DNA of 64,000 nt from an uncultured virus (IMG/VR IMGVR_UViG_3300028187_000002) (lineage: Duplodnaviria > Heunggongvirae > Uroviricota > Caudoviricetes > Herelleviridae): IMG/VR virus record IMGVR_UViG_3300028187_000002. The stretch is one strand, 5' to 3'. Under the pieces are notes generated by a model, which saw nothing but the letters and a program-made list of their open reading frames with translations, did not search any database and was not told the DNA's origin. Of the stretch, positions 46,294 to 56,181 are shown one piece after another; position 1 is the stretch's first letter; every line of letters begins with the position of its first letter. The position numbers and the translations under genes are program-made.

Positions 46294-46324
46294 GGGAGAA
46301 AAGATTTTGTGAGACGGTTTTTTT
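46294..46324 (+). promoter_or_regulatory. Phage middle-type promoter motif
   Basis: GGGAGA-N18-TTTTTTT. Confidence 0.65.
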
Positions 46325-46425
46325 AAGTCAGAAGGGTCACAAGGGGAGAAGCTCACTGGCGGTTACCATGAGACTTTCAATACTTTGACTTTTACTATAA
46401 CAAGTATCCTTAGGAGGAATTTAAA

Positions 46426-46734
46426 ATGAATAAACAAGAAACTGTAAAAGCTATCTCTGTACGTACTGGATTAACTCAAGTGGATGTAAACAAAGTGTTT
46501 ACTGCGCTTAAAGAAATCACTGTAGAAACTCTACAAAAAGGTGAAAAGTTACAATTAACTGGTTTCTGGGGAGTAGAGCCTGCATACCGTGCACCACGTA
46601 AAGGTTTTGACCCTATTAAGAAAGAGCCAATGGAAATCGCTGCTACTGTAGGCGTTCGTATCAAAGCTGGTGAAGATTTAAAGAAAGCTGTAAAAGGCTT
46701 AAAAGTAGAAGACTTTGCTCCTAAAGCAGAGTAG
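46426..46734 (+). CDS. HU-family DNA-binding protein, SPO1 TF1-like
   Basis: HU fold 'MNK.E....I', 'LQLTGF'; arm 'RKGFDP' (Phe) and C-terminal extension 'GLKVEDFA' as in TF1. Confidence 0.9.
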   Translation: MNKQETVKAISVRTGLTQVDVNKVFTALKEITVETLQKGEKLQLTGFWGVEPAYRAPRKGFDPIKKEPMEIAATVGVRIKAGEDLKKAVKGLKVEDFAPKAE

Positions 46735-46807
46735 TCTAATACTGATCTCTATTATATAGCTGCATATATCTGAACGGTATCGTTCACACATACTTCTGAA
46801 AGTGTTC

Positions 46808-46842
46808 AAAAGACTCTAGGATTCGCTCCCTAGAGTCTTTTT
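46808..46842 (+). terminator. Intrinsic terminator
   Basis: AAAAGACTCTAGG-attcgctc-CCTAGAGTCTTTT. Confidence 0.85.
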
Positions 46843-46902
46843 CTATTGTACGAGAGGATTTTTGGAATCCCTCTTTTTATTAGTTTTGAAGGAGTTGATT
46901 CG

Positions 46903-49680
46903 ATGAAGTGTACTGCATGTAGGCTTTCTGAGACCTGTCCAAAGGTCTTACAGATGGGGCATGGTAAGAAAAAGGCACGTATTATGGTGATTCAGGAGAA
47001 CCCATATGAACATGAAAATAAGAAGGGTAAGTACTTCAGTGGTAAAGCAGGTAAGCTATTACAGTCAGCATTAGAGGAAGTAGGTATAGACTCTGATGAC
47101 ATCTACTATACTGCGGTAGTTAAGTGCTCAACACCAGAGGATAGACTACCCCTAAAGGATGAAGTTAAGGCATGTATGGACTATCTGTGGGCAGAGATTG
47201 ATGCAGTAGAACCAGAGATTATTATACCGACAGGTAATATGTCTTTATGGGCTTTAACGGGTCTTACTGCAATAACTAAGCAACGTGGAAGACTTATTGA
47301 GAAGGATGGTTACAAGTTCTTCCCTATGATACATCCTAATATGGTTTTAAAGCAACCAAAGTATATGGAGTTCTTTTCTAAGGACATCATTAATCTACAA
47401 TCAATCCTAGAGGGTGTGCTTCCTTCTGACATATTGGCATATGAGCAGGAGAGATTATACTGTGAAGACTACGATACAGCTATCAATGAGCTTAAGAGGT
47501 TAATGGCTTTACCTGATGGCTATGAAGTAGTAGTCGATTTGGAGGGTGTAAAGAGTAACCCCTACTTGGATAAGACAGTTATGTCCAAGACTAAGAGAGC
47601 TATGTTCCCTGAGAGTGAGATAGTTAAAATATCAGCTATAGGATTCTCTGATAGAGCTGGCTATGGTTGTGCCATTCCGTTATATCATAGGGAAACCCCT
47701 TTCACAGGTAATCAGATTGGAACAATAATTAAATTTATACGCTTCTTAATTGAAGACTGTAAGCTAAAGTTTGTTGCACACAACAGTAAGTTCGAGATGA
47801 AGTGGTTATTGCAACAGATAGATGTATACTTTACTGAGATGAAATGGGATACCATGTTAATGCACTACCTTGCAGTAACAGAGGAAAAAGGTACCCATGA
47901 CTTGAAACAGTTAGCATGGCTAGAAACTGACATGGGTGGATATGATGACGAGTTAGACCCATTCTTACCTAAGGGTGATGATGAAGGTAACTACGACATG
48001 ATACCTTGGGATACCCTTAAAGTCTATTTAGCGGCTGACTGTGATGTAACCTATAGACTACTCAACAAATACAAGCCACTTGTTGAAGAGGACAAAGAGA
48101 AGAAATGGCTATGGGATAATCTCATGGTACCTGGCTTATATGCCCTGATGGACATTGAGCATACAGGGGCTAAAGTAGATGTAGACTTACTTAGTATCTA
48201 CAAAGAAAGATATGAAGCTGAGATTGATAGACTAGAAAGCAAGCTAAGAGAGTACCCTGAAATAGTTAGTATTGAGAGGGAACGACATGAAAGATGGTTA
48301 GAACGTGTAGCCATTGGAGGCATTAAGAAAGCCCAACGTACAGCAGAGCAACAAGAGAAGTTTGAAAAGTATAAGAAGTATGACCCTAGCAAGGGTGGTG
48401 ACAAGTTTAGTTTTAGTTCACCCCCACAGTTACAGCACTTATTCTTTGATATAATGGGACTGGAAACGGTTGTCCTCACTGATAAGGGCAAACCTAGTAC
48501 TAATGATGACTCATTGAAATACATGAGAAATCAACACCCTATGGTAGAGCTTATGATGGAGTACCGTAAGGTTGCCCATCTGTACAGTAACTTCATTGGA
48601 AAGTTAATTCTACACATAGATGCTAGAGGACTTGTTCATGGTAACTACAACCTACACGGAACAGTTACAGGGCGTTTAAGTAGTAATGAACCTAACATGC
48701 AACAGTTACCTCGTAAAGTGAATAGTGCGATGTTGTTCCAGTATCATAATGAGATAAAGACACTGTTTGTATCTCGCTTTGGTGACAATGGCGTTATAGT
48801 ACAGTTTGACTACTCCCAGCTAGAGTTACGTATCCTAGCAGTTATGACTGGGGATAAAGAGCTTATCCGACTGTATCGTTCTGGTGCCGATTTACATAAA
48901 GAGGTAGCCGCAGGTGCATTCGGTGTAACTGTAGATGAAGTCACTAAAGACCAACGTACTGCTGCTAAGAAGATTCAGTTCGGTATCGTATACCAAGAGT
49001 CTCCTAAGGGACTGTCTGAAGACTTACGTGCGGAAGGTATTAATATGTCTGTAGAAGAGTGTCAGAAATTCATTGATAACTACTTCAAACGCTTCCCAGA
49101 CGTAGAGCGTTGGGTTAAACGTATTAAGAAATTTGCTAAGAAGAACAAGTTCGTTAAGACTCTTACTAACCGTATTCGTCATCTAGAAGGTTTAGATTCT
49201 ACAGACCGCTCTATTGCGAATGAGGCAGAACGCCAAGCGGTTAACGCACCTATACAGTCAACAGGTTCAGACTGTACCCTTATGTCTCTTATCAAGATTA
49301 ATGAGTGGCTACAGGAGTCTGACTATAAGAGCCGTATCGTAATCACGGTTCATGATAGTATAGTATTTGACTGTCCAAAGGATGAGGTAGTAGAAGTAGC
49401 TAAGAAAGTTAAGCATGTTATGGAGAACTTAGCTGAATACAATGAGTTCTACAATTTCCTAGGTGATGTGCCAATCCTGTCTGAGATGGAGATTGGATAC
49501 AACTACGGTCACTCGTTCGAGTGTTCTATTGAGGATATTGAAGAGCACGGAGTGGACGGTTACCTACAGAAAGAGTTAGCTGATAAAAAGGCTAAGGCAG
49601 AGAAAGAGTATAAGAAAGCTGAAGAAAACGGTACACCAATACCAAAATTTGCATTAGATTACTGGGAGAAGGCTTGTTAG
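46903..49680 (+). CDS. polA: Family A DNA polymerase with N-terminal UDG family-4-like domain and 3'-5' exonuclease
   Basis: N-terminal CxxC...KC...C and 'HP'; exonuclease 'DLE', 'HN.KFE', 'YLAAD'; 'TGRLSS..PN.QQ', 'DYSQLELR', 'AK..QFGIVY', 'VHDS'. Confidence 0.95.
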   Translation: MKCTACRLSETCPKVLQMGHGKKKARIMVIQENPYEHENKKGKYFSGKAGKLLQSALEEVGIDSDDIYYTAVVKCSTPEDRLPLKDEVKACMDYLWAEIDAVEPEIIIPTGNMSLWALTGLTAITKQRGRLIEKDGYKFFPMIHPNMVLKQPKYMEFFSKDIINLQSILEGVLPSDILAYEQERLYCEDYDTAINELKRLMALPDGYEVVVDLEGVKSNPYLDKTVMSKTKRAMFPESEIVKISAIGFSDRAGYGCAIPLYHRETPFTGNQIGTIIKFIRFLIEDCKLKFVAHNSKFEMKWLLQQIDVYFTEMKWDTMLMHYLAVTEEKGTHDLKQLAWLETDMGGYDDELDPFLPKGDDEGNYDMIPWDTLKVYLAADCDVTYRLLNKYKPLVEEDKEKKWLWDNLMVPGLYALMDIEHTGAKVDVDLLSIYKERYEAEIDRLESKLREYPEIVSIERERHERWLERVAIGGIKKAQRTAEQQEKFEKYKKYDPSKGGDKFSFSSPPQLQHLFFDIMGLETVVLTDKGKPSTNDDSLKYMRNQHPMVELMMEYRKVAHLYSNFIGKLILHIDARGLVHGNYNLHGTVTGRLSSNEPNMQQLPRKVNSAMLFQYHNEIKTLFVSRFGDNGVIVQFDYSQLELRILAVMTGDKELIRLYRSGADLHKEVAAGAFGVTVDEVTKDQRTAAKKIQFGIVYQESPKGLSEDLRAEGINMSVEECQKFIDNYFKRFPDVERWVKRIKKFAKKNKFVKTLTNRIRHLEGLDSTDRSIANEAERQAVNAPIQSTGSDCTLMSLIKINEWLQESDYKSRIVITVHDSIVFDCPKDEVVEVAKKVKHVMENLAEYNEFYNFLGDVPILSEMEIGYNYGHSFECSIEDIEEHGVDGYLQKELADKKAKAEKEYKKAEENGTPIPKFALDYWEKAC

Positions 49681-49789
49681 AGCCTTCTTCTTTTTTGTAT
49701 AGGAAACTAGTTCTGTATCTCACGGAAGAATCTTCCACTCGACTTGAGGATAAAATTTTGCAAAACTCAATTTGAGGGAGGAAATCAAT

Positions 49790-49933
49790 ATGACCAAGAC
49801 TAAAACTTACGAAATGGTTAATAAATCTAATGGGGTAGTAATCACATGCACGGAGAAATACGTTCTAGATTGGATTAGTAGGGGCTTTGAAGTAGATAAA
49901 ATCATACTAAAAGGAGAGACAAAGACATGCTAG
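49790..49933 (+). CDS. 47-aa hypothetical protein (not in ORF track)
   Basis: RBS GGGAGG; MTKTKTYEMVNKSNGVVITCTEKYVLDWISRGFEVDKIILKGETKTC; overlaps next start. Confidence 0.6.
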   Translation: MTKTKTYEMVNKSNGVVITCTEKYVLDWISRGFEVDKIILKGETKTC

Positions 49934-50229
49934 AACACATGCCTAATAATGTAGATTTTGATAAGGTTGACTGGGTTGCCTTGGCTAGGCAACTAGGACT
50001 AAAATTATCTGACGAGCCTATAGAAATTACCAGACTTGGCACTCCTTACCGACAGTACTTAGCAGCAGTCACAATGGCATCTAGGATGGTCGATTGTAAT
50101 CTTAGACTAGAGCAGATAAATGAAGAATTAGATAAAATGATTGATGAACGACAGGTTACCTCCTTTGACAAGGCGTGTATCAAGTTGTATTTAAATAGAA
50201 TAGTAGAAGAAGAAAAGCTCCCTCATTGA
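49927..50229 (+). CDS. Hypothetical protein
   Basis: RBS AAGGAG; followed by a hairpin terminator at 50212-50242. Confidence 0.6.
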   Translation: MLEHMPNNVDFDKVDWVALARQLGLKLSDEPIEITRLGTPYRQYLAAVTMASRMVDCNLRLEQINEELDKMIDERQVTSFDKACIKLYLNRIVEEEKLPH

Positions 50230-50258
50230 TAGGGGGCTTTTCATTTTGTTTATAGGTC

Positions 50259-50290
50259 AGGAGACGATTCCCGTTTCTTGACCTTTTTTT
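50259..50290 (+). promoter_or_regulatory. Phage middle-type promoter motif (second copy at 50332-50362)
   Basis: AGGAGA-N19-TTTTTTT; TGGAGA-N18-TTTAATA. Confidence 0.65.
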
Positions 50291-50390
50291 ATGTCGAACA
50301 GGTTGTTGAACCCCACGATACTAAGAGATGGTGGAGAAAAAATTGTGTGCCTTGCTTTAATAATTGTGAAGGCGTTCAAGACAGAAAGGT

Positions 50391-50762
50391 ATGATGAGTA
50401 TGTCACGTAAGATTATAAGAATCGCCTTACCAAAAGGTAAAATGTACACAGCGGATTTACAGAGGGAACTGGCTATAGATAGCTCTAATGTTCTTAAAGA
50501 AGTCCTAAGCCACCCTAGTAAGTATGCGTGGTGGAAGACCCTGTATGATGTAGCTGAGAATCATGTACAGTACCTGCAAGACCTAAGCATTGGTGGTGAG
50601 CGTTACGAGAGAGCAGTAGAGCACAGAGATACTTTACAGTCTACTCTTGAAGCGTTTAATCATAGAGAATCAACATTGAAGCTATTGTTACGTAGTAGTG
50701 ACAAGCGTAAAGTGTTGAAAAGTTATAACCAAAATATCACACATTTAATGGGCGTAATTTAG
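50391..50762 (+). CDS. Hypothetical protein, possibly UvsY-like
   Basis: Helical ORF immediately upstream of SSB; 'L.ID....E....PSKYAWW'. Confidence 0.45.
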   Translation: MMSMSRKIIRIALPKGKMYTADLQRELAIDSSNVLKEVLSHPSKYAWWKTLYDVAENHVQYLQDLSIGGERYERAVEHRDTLQSTLEAFNHRESTLKLLLRSSDKRKVLKSYNQNITHLMGVI

Positions 50763-50800
50763 GTCATTGACCGTAACTAGCCCCAAGGAGGAAAATTATA

Positions 50801-51736
50801 ATGGCAAAATTAGACGTATCGGCACTAGCAGCAAGATTAACAGAGTTAAATAGCAATAGCGGAGGTAATGGTTCTGGCGGTGGAATTAGCTGGCTTAACC
50901 TTAAAGATGGGCGTAATGTTATCCGTATCTTACCACCTAAAGGTGATGGAGTATTTGCTAAAGAGGTATTCGTACACTTTGGTGTGAATAAGACTGAAGA
51001 GAATAAACGTGGTACAATGGTAGTGTGCCCTAAAACTCATGGAGATAACAAGCCTTGTCCAGTATGTGACGTTGTTGCTGAGTTCCGTAAGCTATCTAAG
51101 AAGAAAGATGACAAGTACGATAAGATGGCTAAAGAGCTTAACAAGAAGACACGTGTATACTACAACGCTATTGACCGTGCCGATGACCTAGATTCATTTG
51201 AGAAGAAGGAAGTAGATGGTAAGGAGAAATGGTTTAACGCTGATGATGAAGAGGAAACACCTATCAAAGTGTTTGGTTCTGGTATCGGCATCTATAAGGC
51301 GTTACTTGCTCTTATCATTGATCCAGAGTACGGTGATATTACCGATGAGGAAGAGGGCTTAGATGTAATCATTACTAAGTCTGGTACAGGTTATAACACT
51401 AAGTATGATGTTAAGACTGTGCGTAAAGAGTCTGTTATTGGCTTTGATAACTGGGAAGAAGAGGCACACGACTTAAACCCATTAGCTAAGGCTAAGAGCT
51501 ATGATGAGATTGATGCTATTCTTAATGGTGAAGAGCCTGAAGAGGGTGAAGAGAAGGAAGAAGAGCAGGAAGAGGAAGAGAAGCCTAAAAAGGACTCTAC
51601 CAAAACTAAGCTGAAAAAAGAAGAGAAGGAAGAGGAAGAGGAAAACTCTGAATCTGAAGAGTCTAGCGATGGGGATGGAGACGACCTATCTGCTGAGATT
51701 GCAGCAAAACTAGCAGCACGTAGAAAACGTAAGTAA
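50801..51736 (+). CDS. Single-stranded DNA-binding protein (gp32-like)
   Basis: 'IRILPP', 'CP.......CPVC', 'YGDITD...G.D..I.K.G.G..T.Y'; long acidic tail. Confidence 0.8.
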   Translation: MAKLDVSALAARLTELNSNSGGNGSGGGISWLNLKDGRNVIRILPPKGDGVFAKEVFVHFGVNKTEENKRGTMVVCPKTHGDNKPCPVCDVVAEFRKLSKKKDDKYDKMAKELNKKTRVYYNAIDRADDLDSFEKKEVDGKEKWFNADDEEETPIKVFGSGIGIYKALLALIIDPEYGDITDEEEGLDVIITKSGTGYNTKYDVKTVRKESVIGFDNWEEEAHDLNPLAKAKSYDEIDAILNGEEPEEGEEKEEEQEEEEKPKKDSTKTKLKKEEKEEEEENSESEESSDGDGDDLSAEIAAKLAARRKRK

Positions 51737-51804
51737 GGCATACTTAGGACATTAAGCAGGTGGGCAACCACCTGCTAATACTTTTGAAAAGGGGATATAT
51801 ACTT

Positions 51805-52650
51805 ATGAAAGAGATTAAACAAGCTGTAGATGTTAGCCATGAATTTAAATATGAACTAGGTTGTATTGAAGATGAAGTGTGCCGTCACTTAGCAGTACAT
51901 GGCTTAAATAAAGCACCTGATTACTTCTGGTATGTACCAGCATCAGCAAGTGGTAAGTACCATCCAAAAAGTAGCTTAGGTCTGGCTGGCTTAGTACGTC
52001 ATGTAAAAGGTGTATTCCGTATCTCTGAGGAGTTATTAGACCATAAATTATACTCTCCCTTTACACCAGTAGAGAAAGATATGATTCGTGTTGCTGTACT
52101 ACTACATGACTGCCTAAAGCAAGGTACAGATGGTACTCATACTGTAGCCGAGCATCCATTATTAGTACGTGAAGCACTTCACCCTACTAAAGGTTATGGA
52201 TTCACTTGTGATATGGATACTACACTGCGTGTTAAAGATATGGAAGATAAATGGAGCTTAATCTGTAATATGATTGAGACACATATGGGCATCTGGAATA
52301 CAGATAAAGAAGGTAATGAAATTATGGACATTCCTAAAACTAAAGCTCAACTACATGTCCACATGTGTGACTACCTAGCTAGTAGAAACTGCATTGAAGT
52401 AGATGTGACACCTAGAGAAGCACAGTCTAACTATAAGAAAAAGGATGAAAATAACGCTCCTGCATGGGTAAGTGAACCTGCTACTACAGGTCAGATTGGC
52501 TTTATTAAGAAGCTACTTGTTACAGCTATGAACAAGGGAGTTTCTCATCCATACGATGGGGTGACTTTAGTAAAAGATGGTGAGATTGTCATTACAAAAG
52601 GCAAGGCGAGTGCTATGATACAAAATTTACAAGGTTTGACAGGTCAATAA
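51805..52650 (+). CDS. HD-domain phosphohydrolase
   Basis: 'PAS.SGKYH', 'GL.RH', 'LLHD..K', 'ETHMG', 'H.CD'. Confidence 0.8.
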   Translation: MKEIKQAVDVSHEFKYELGCIEDEVCRHLAVHGLNKAPDYFWYVPASASGKYHPKSSLGLAGLVRHVKGVFRISEELLDHKLYSPFTPVEKDMIRVAVLLHDCLKQGTDGTHTVAEHPLLVREALHPTKGYGFTCDMDTTLRVKDMEDKWSLICNMIETHMGIWNTDKEGNEIMDIPKTKAQLHVHMCDYLASRNCIEVDVTPREAQSNYKKKDENNAPAWVSEPATTGQIGFIKKLLVTAMNKGVSHPYDGVTLVKDGEIVITKGKASAMIQNLQGLTGQ

Positions 52651-52696
52651 ACCCTAAGGAGTCGATTTCTGACTCCTTTCTTTTATTTTTTGTGAG

Positions 52697-53191
52697 GTGA
52701 TTGAGATGGCAGAAGCAGGACGCAAGAGAAAGTGGCAACCCCATTGGAATGATGAAATTCTTAAAGCCCTTGAGACGAAAGGTGAATATGACTACACCTA
52801 TATAATTGAACAGCATGGTCTACGTTTGGTATGGGTGAGGGATAAAATTAGAGCACTGTGTAAGCAGGCTCATGATGGTAGTGTATCCCTTAGGTGGGAT
52901 AAGAACGCTCACATAGTTTATATACGTAAGTCTTATGTTAGACCTAAGCCTGCAATACCTAAGGGCATTCCTGCTATTGAAAAGTATGCGGAACAGGCTA
53001 AGGCTATCAGAAGTAACAGAGATAAGTTCATTGCTCTATGCAAGAAGGATGGAGAGGAATACCCTATCAACTTGTATGCTGTCACTGAGCAACATGCTAG
53101 AATGGACTTAGAAGAGAACTACAAGGTAGATGAGATTGTAGACTTACTACCTGCGAAAGAATACCGTAAAAAATACAGAAGAGCATTATAA
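52697..53191 (+). CDS. Hypothetical protein
   Basis: ORF after promoter motif 52657-52687; ATG near 52706 with RBS GAGGTG. Confidence 0.6.
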   Translation: MIEMAEAGRKRKWQPHWNDEILKALETKGEYDYTYIIEQHGLRLVWVRDKIRALCKQAHDGSVSLRWDKNAHIVYIRKSYVRPKPAIPKGIPAIEKYAEQAKAIRSNRDKFIALCKKDGEEYPINLYAVTEQHARMDLEENYKVDEIVDLLPAKEYRKKYRRAL

Positions 53192-53203
53192 GGAGGAAAC
53201 AAG

Positions 53204-54136
53204 ATGTTACTACTAATTGATGGGAATAATATAGGTTACCGTGCTTTCCATACTCCGCAAGGACAACTAGAGACAAAGGATGGCAAGCCTACAGGTGTAA
53301 TGCAGGGTGTCCTTAAATCCATTAAGATATATCTGGAACGCTTCCCAGAAACTACTAAATGTTTGGTGTGTTTCGATGGTGGAAAAGCAGAATGGCGTAA
53401 GGAATTATATCCCGAATATAAGGCAAATCGTAGTTATGGTGACGACCCTGAAGAGAAAGCTAAGTTCGATGGGCTATTTGCTCAATTAAATGAGCTTAAC
53501 ACTATGCTTCCTAAGATCAATATACGTAGTATTAAGTTAGATGGTCATGAAGCCGATGACTTAATTTATGCATTCTGTGAGCTTACTCAAGACAATGTTA
53601 TGATTGTCTCAAGTGATAAGGATATGCTACAGCTCATCAATGAGCGTGTATCAGTGTATACTCCTTACAAGGATAGAGTAATCGGTATCAGTGACTTCTA
53701 TGAAGAGACTGGAGTAACACGTGAAGCATACCTTGGTTACCGAGCGTTAGTGGGGGATACTTCAGATAATATCATTGGTATTCATGGTATAGGTGAGAAG
53801 AAAGCTAAAGCACTGATGGATAAATATGGTCACATTGACCACATCCTAGCTGCTACTGGTGACGTGAAGAAAGCATTAATGAAGTCTAAGGTTAATGCAC
53901 GTATCTTTGAGCCTGAGAACTTAAAGCGTCTAGGTGTTAATAACAAGATTATGAACCTTAAATTCTTTGACTACACAAGCATTAGACATGAGCTAGATAA
54001 GGCTCTAAATGATCCTATTGAGTTCGATACAAACTACTTCAAGAACTGGCTGATGCGTAACCAGTTTGCTGCTATCCTAGCAGAGTACCTAGCGTTTACT
54101 ATGGTATTCCGAGCACTAGAGGAGGATGATGAGTAA
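53204..54136 (+). CDS. 5'-3' exonuclease / flap endonuclease
   Basis: 'LIDGNN', 'FDGG', 'YPEYKANR', 'EADD', 'SSDKD', 'GDTSDNI.GI.GIGEK'. Confidence 0.92.
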   Translation: MLLLIDGNNIGYRAFHTPQGQLETKDGKPTGVMQGVLKSIKIYLERFPETTKCLVCFDGGKAEWRKELYPEYKANRSYGDDPEEKAKFDGLFAQLNELNTMLPKINIRSIKLDGHEADDLIYAFCELTQDNVMIVSSDKDMLQLINERVSVYTPYKDRVIGISDFYEETGVTREAYLGYRALVGDTSDNIIGIHGIGEKKAKALMDKYGHIDHILAATGDVKKALMKSKVNARIFEPENLKRLGVNNKIMNLKFFDYTSIRHELDKALNDPIEFDTNYFKNWLMRNQFAAILAEYLAFTMVFRALEEDDE

Positions 54137-54557
54137 TATGTGGCATGATAGAGCCAATGGTGATATGTGGAGGCAACTAGACAGGGTTGAACACAAGACA
54201 GTTATCATAAACTGTATACGAGAAACTATCGCCCAGCATGTAAGCTATGAGCCTCATATGGGAGACTTTGATGTCTTTATAGAAAGAGCAATTAATGGGT
54301 TGGCTAGTAGCTATGTGATGGGTATATCAAGGAGAGTCCCTGCTAAAGAGTTTGAGAAGACAGTTACCTTCCAAGTACCTGCTACATGGTGGCAACACTT
54401 TAAAGAGTCCCACTTCCCTGCATGGGCGTTAAGGAAATTTCCAGTTAAGTACACAACCTTAGCTGAGACTATTGGGTTTAAGGCTCTATATGACCACATA
54501 ATACCTGGTCATAACCCTCATATCCAAGTGCATGTAGCAGAACACAAATGGGAATGA
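54126..54557 (+). CDS. Hypothetical protein
   Basis: RBS GAGGAGG; operon packing. Confidence 0.6.
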   Translation: MMSNMWHDRANGDMWRQLDRVEHKTVIINCIRETIAQHVSYEPHMGDFDVFIERAINGLASSYVMGISRRVPAKEFEKTVTFQVPATWWQHFKESHFPAWALRKFPVKYTTLAETIGFKALYDHIIPGHNPHIQVHVAEHKWE

Positions 54558-54784
54558 GAATACAGAACACCATAAGGCAGGTATGGATGTGCTGGCTATT
54601 CAGCTATGTATTCCAGTTAGCAGGAATCATTCTAGTAGGAGTGGTATGGTGGGGTATTCTAGACCTAGATGAATACTACGCCACACATCCTCCAGACATA
54701 ACTATTTGGAGTATAAAGATACTAGGTTGGGTAACCAGTTTCATTCTGGTATATCGACTAGAGAAAAAAGAGGGGTCTCTGTAG
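54548..54784 (+). CDS. Small two-TM membrane protein
   Basis: Two hydrophobic stretches; overlaps the previous stop. Confidence 0.5.
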   Translation: MGMRIQNTIRQVWMCWLFSYVFQLAGIILVGVVWWGILDLDEYYATHPPDITIWSIKILGWVTSFILVYRLEKKEGSL

Positions 54785-54882
54785 AGAGACCTCTTATTTT
54801 ATGCCATATGACAAATAAAGGGAAAACTCTGAGAACTCCCCTTCTTTTATTTCAGAGACCTTGAAAGGAGAGATTTATCTAA

Positions 54883-56166
54883 ATGACTAAACAGATTGTA
54901 CATGCATTCGAATTGTTGCAAGCTATAGGGGGAACTACATCAAGAACGGCTAAAGAGGATTACCTGAGACAGGGTGAGGGTAACCCCGTGTTTAAAGAAA
55001 TCCTACTAAGAACTTATGACCCAGAGATGATATTTGGTATCAAGAAAAAGTCTAAAACTAAGCCTTTAAGTATTGAATTCAACGATGACCTTCAATACAA
55101 TTATGATAAATACCTCCTCCTTACTAATCTACTAGCTAGCAGAGACCTGACAGGTAATGCTGCATTAGAAGCCTTAGATGGATTGATGTCCACATGTGGC
55201 TCTAAAGAAGCAGAGTGGTATATGAAGTCTATCCAGAAAGACTTTAAGATTGGTATTACTGCTAAGAGTATTAACAAGGTATTCCCAGGGTTTATTGAAA
55301 CTCATACTTGTGCTCTAGCTAAGGCATTGAAGAAGTATCCAAAGAGATATACAACTAATCCTAAGTTTGATGGGTATAGATGCAATGCTTTTCATCATCA
55401 TGACGGTAGAGTAGAACTTAAATCTAGAAATGGTAAAATCATTACTGGATATGATGCAATTGAGCAAGATGTTGCTAAACTACCAAGAGGGTATGTATAT
55501 GATGGAGAGATTATGGCACCATCTGGTAAGTTCTCTGATGTACAAAAATCAGCCTTTAAGAAGACTGACAGCAAAGAAGGTATTCTTCATATGTTCGACT
55601 GCTTAACTATAGAAGAGTTTGAAGCAGGTGAGAGCAAGACTATCTATGAAGAGCGTATTGATCACATGGAGTACTTAGACCATCACTATATCCAAGACCT
55701 TCCACTATGGTTTATTGAGTATGTAAGACCTGAAGGGCACTTCGAGGATAGTGAAGAGTCACAACAGGCAGTATTTGAAATTCATCGTAGAAACGTAGCA
55801 TTAGGATATGAGGGTACTATGCTGAAAGACCTTGATGCTACTTATAAATGTAAAAAATGTTATGACATGCAGAAGATAGTAGGGGTTAAGAGAATTGACC
55901 TTCCTATCGTTGGAACTACTGAAGGTAGGGAAGGTACCATGTTTGAAGGCACTCTGGGTGCTCTGGTAGTTGCTTACAAAGACAATACTGTTAATGTAGG
56001 TGAGGGTGTATCTCATGAGCTACGAGATGAATTGTGGGTTAAACGTGACGAACTTATAAATCAGACTATTGAAGTGGAATACCGAGAGGAAACTACCAAT
56101 AGCAAGACAGGTAAGAAGTCTCTACGCTTCCCAGTGTTTATAAGATTCCGTCCTGACAAAGACTAG
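54883..56166 (+). CDS. ATP-dependent DNA ligase
   Basis: 'KFDGYR' adenylation motif, 'YDGEI', 'FD', 'EGTMLK', 'SLRFPVF.RFR.DK'. Confidence 0.92.
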   Translation: MTKQIVHAFELLQAIGGTTSRTAKEDYLRQGEGNPVFKEILLRTYDPEMIFGIKKKSKTKPLSIEFNDDLQYNYDKYLLLTNLLASRDLTGNAALEALDGLMSTCGSKEAEWYMKSIQKDFKIGITAKSINKVFPGFIETHTCALAKALKKYPKRYTTNPKFDGYRCNAFHHHDGRVELKSRNGKIITGYDAIEQDVAKLPRGYVYDGEIMAPSGKFSDVQKSAFKKTDSKEGILHMFDCLTIEEFEAGESKTIYEERIDHMEYLDHHYIQDLPLWFIEYVRPEGHFEDSEESQQAVFEIHRRNVALGYEGTMLKDLDATYKCKKCYDMQKIVGVKRIDLPIVGTTEGREGTMFEGTLGALVVAYKDNTVNVGEGVSHELRDELWVKRDELINQTIEVEYREETTNSKTGKKSLRFPVFIRFRPDKD

Positions 56167-56181
56167 GAGGATTGAGTATAT

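Noticed and set aside
48660..48720. Group I intron or intein in the DNA polymerase, as in SPO1-like phages
   Set aside because: The ORF is continuous through all motifs with no insertion or homing endonuclease.
50292..50298. Perfect Spo0A box TGTCGAA next to a promoter
   Set aside because: A 7-mer is expected several times by chance in 64 kb, and CGAAC follows several of the middle-type motifs anyway.
53713..53728. parS-like sequence AGTAACACGTGAAGCA (similar partial matches near 2839, 17564, 31079)
   Set aside because: Three or more mismatches to TGTTNCACGTGAAACA and inside coding sequence; not supportable.
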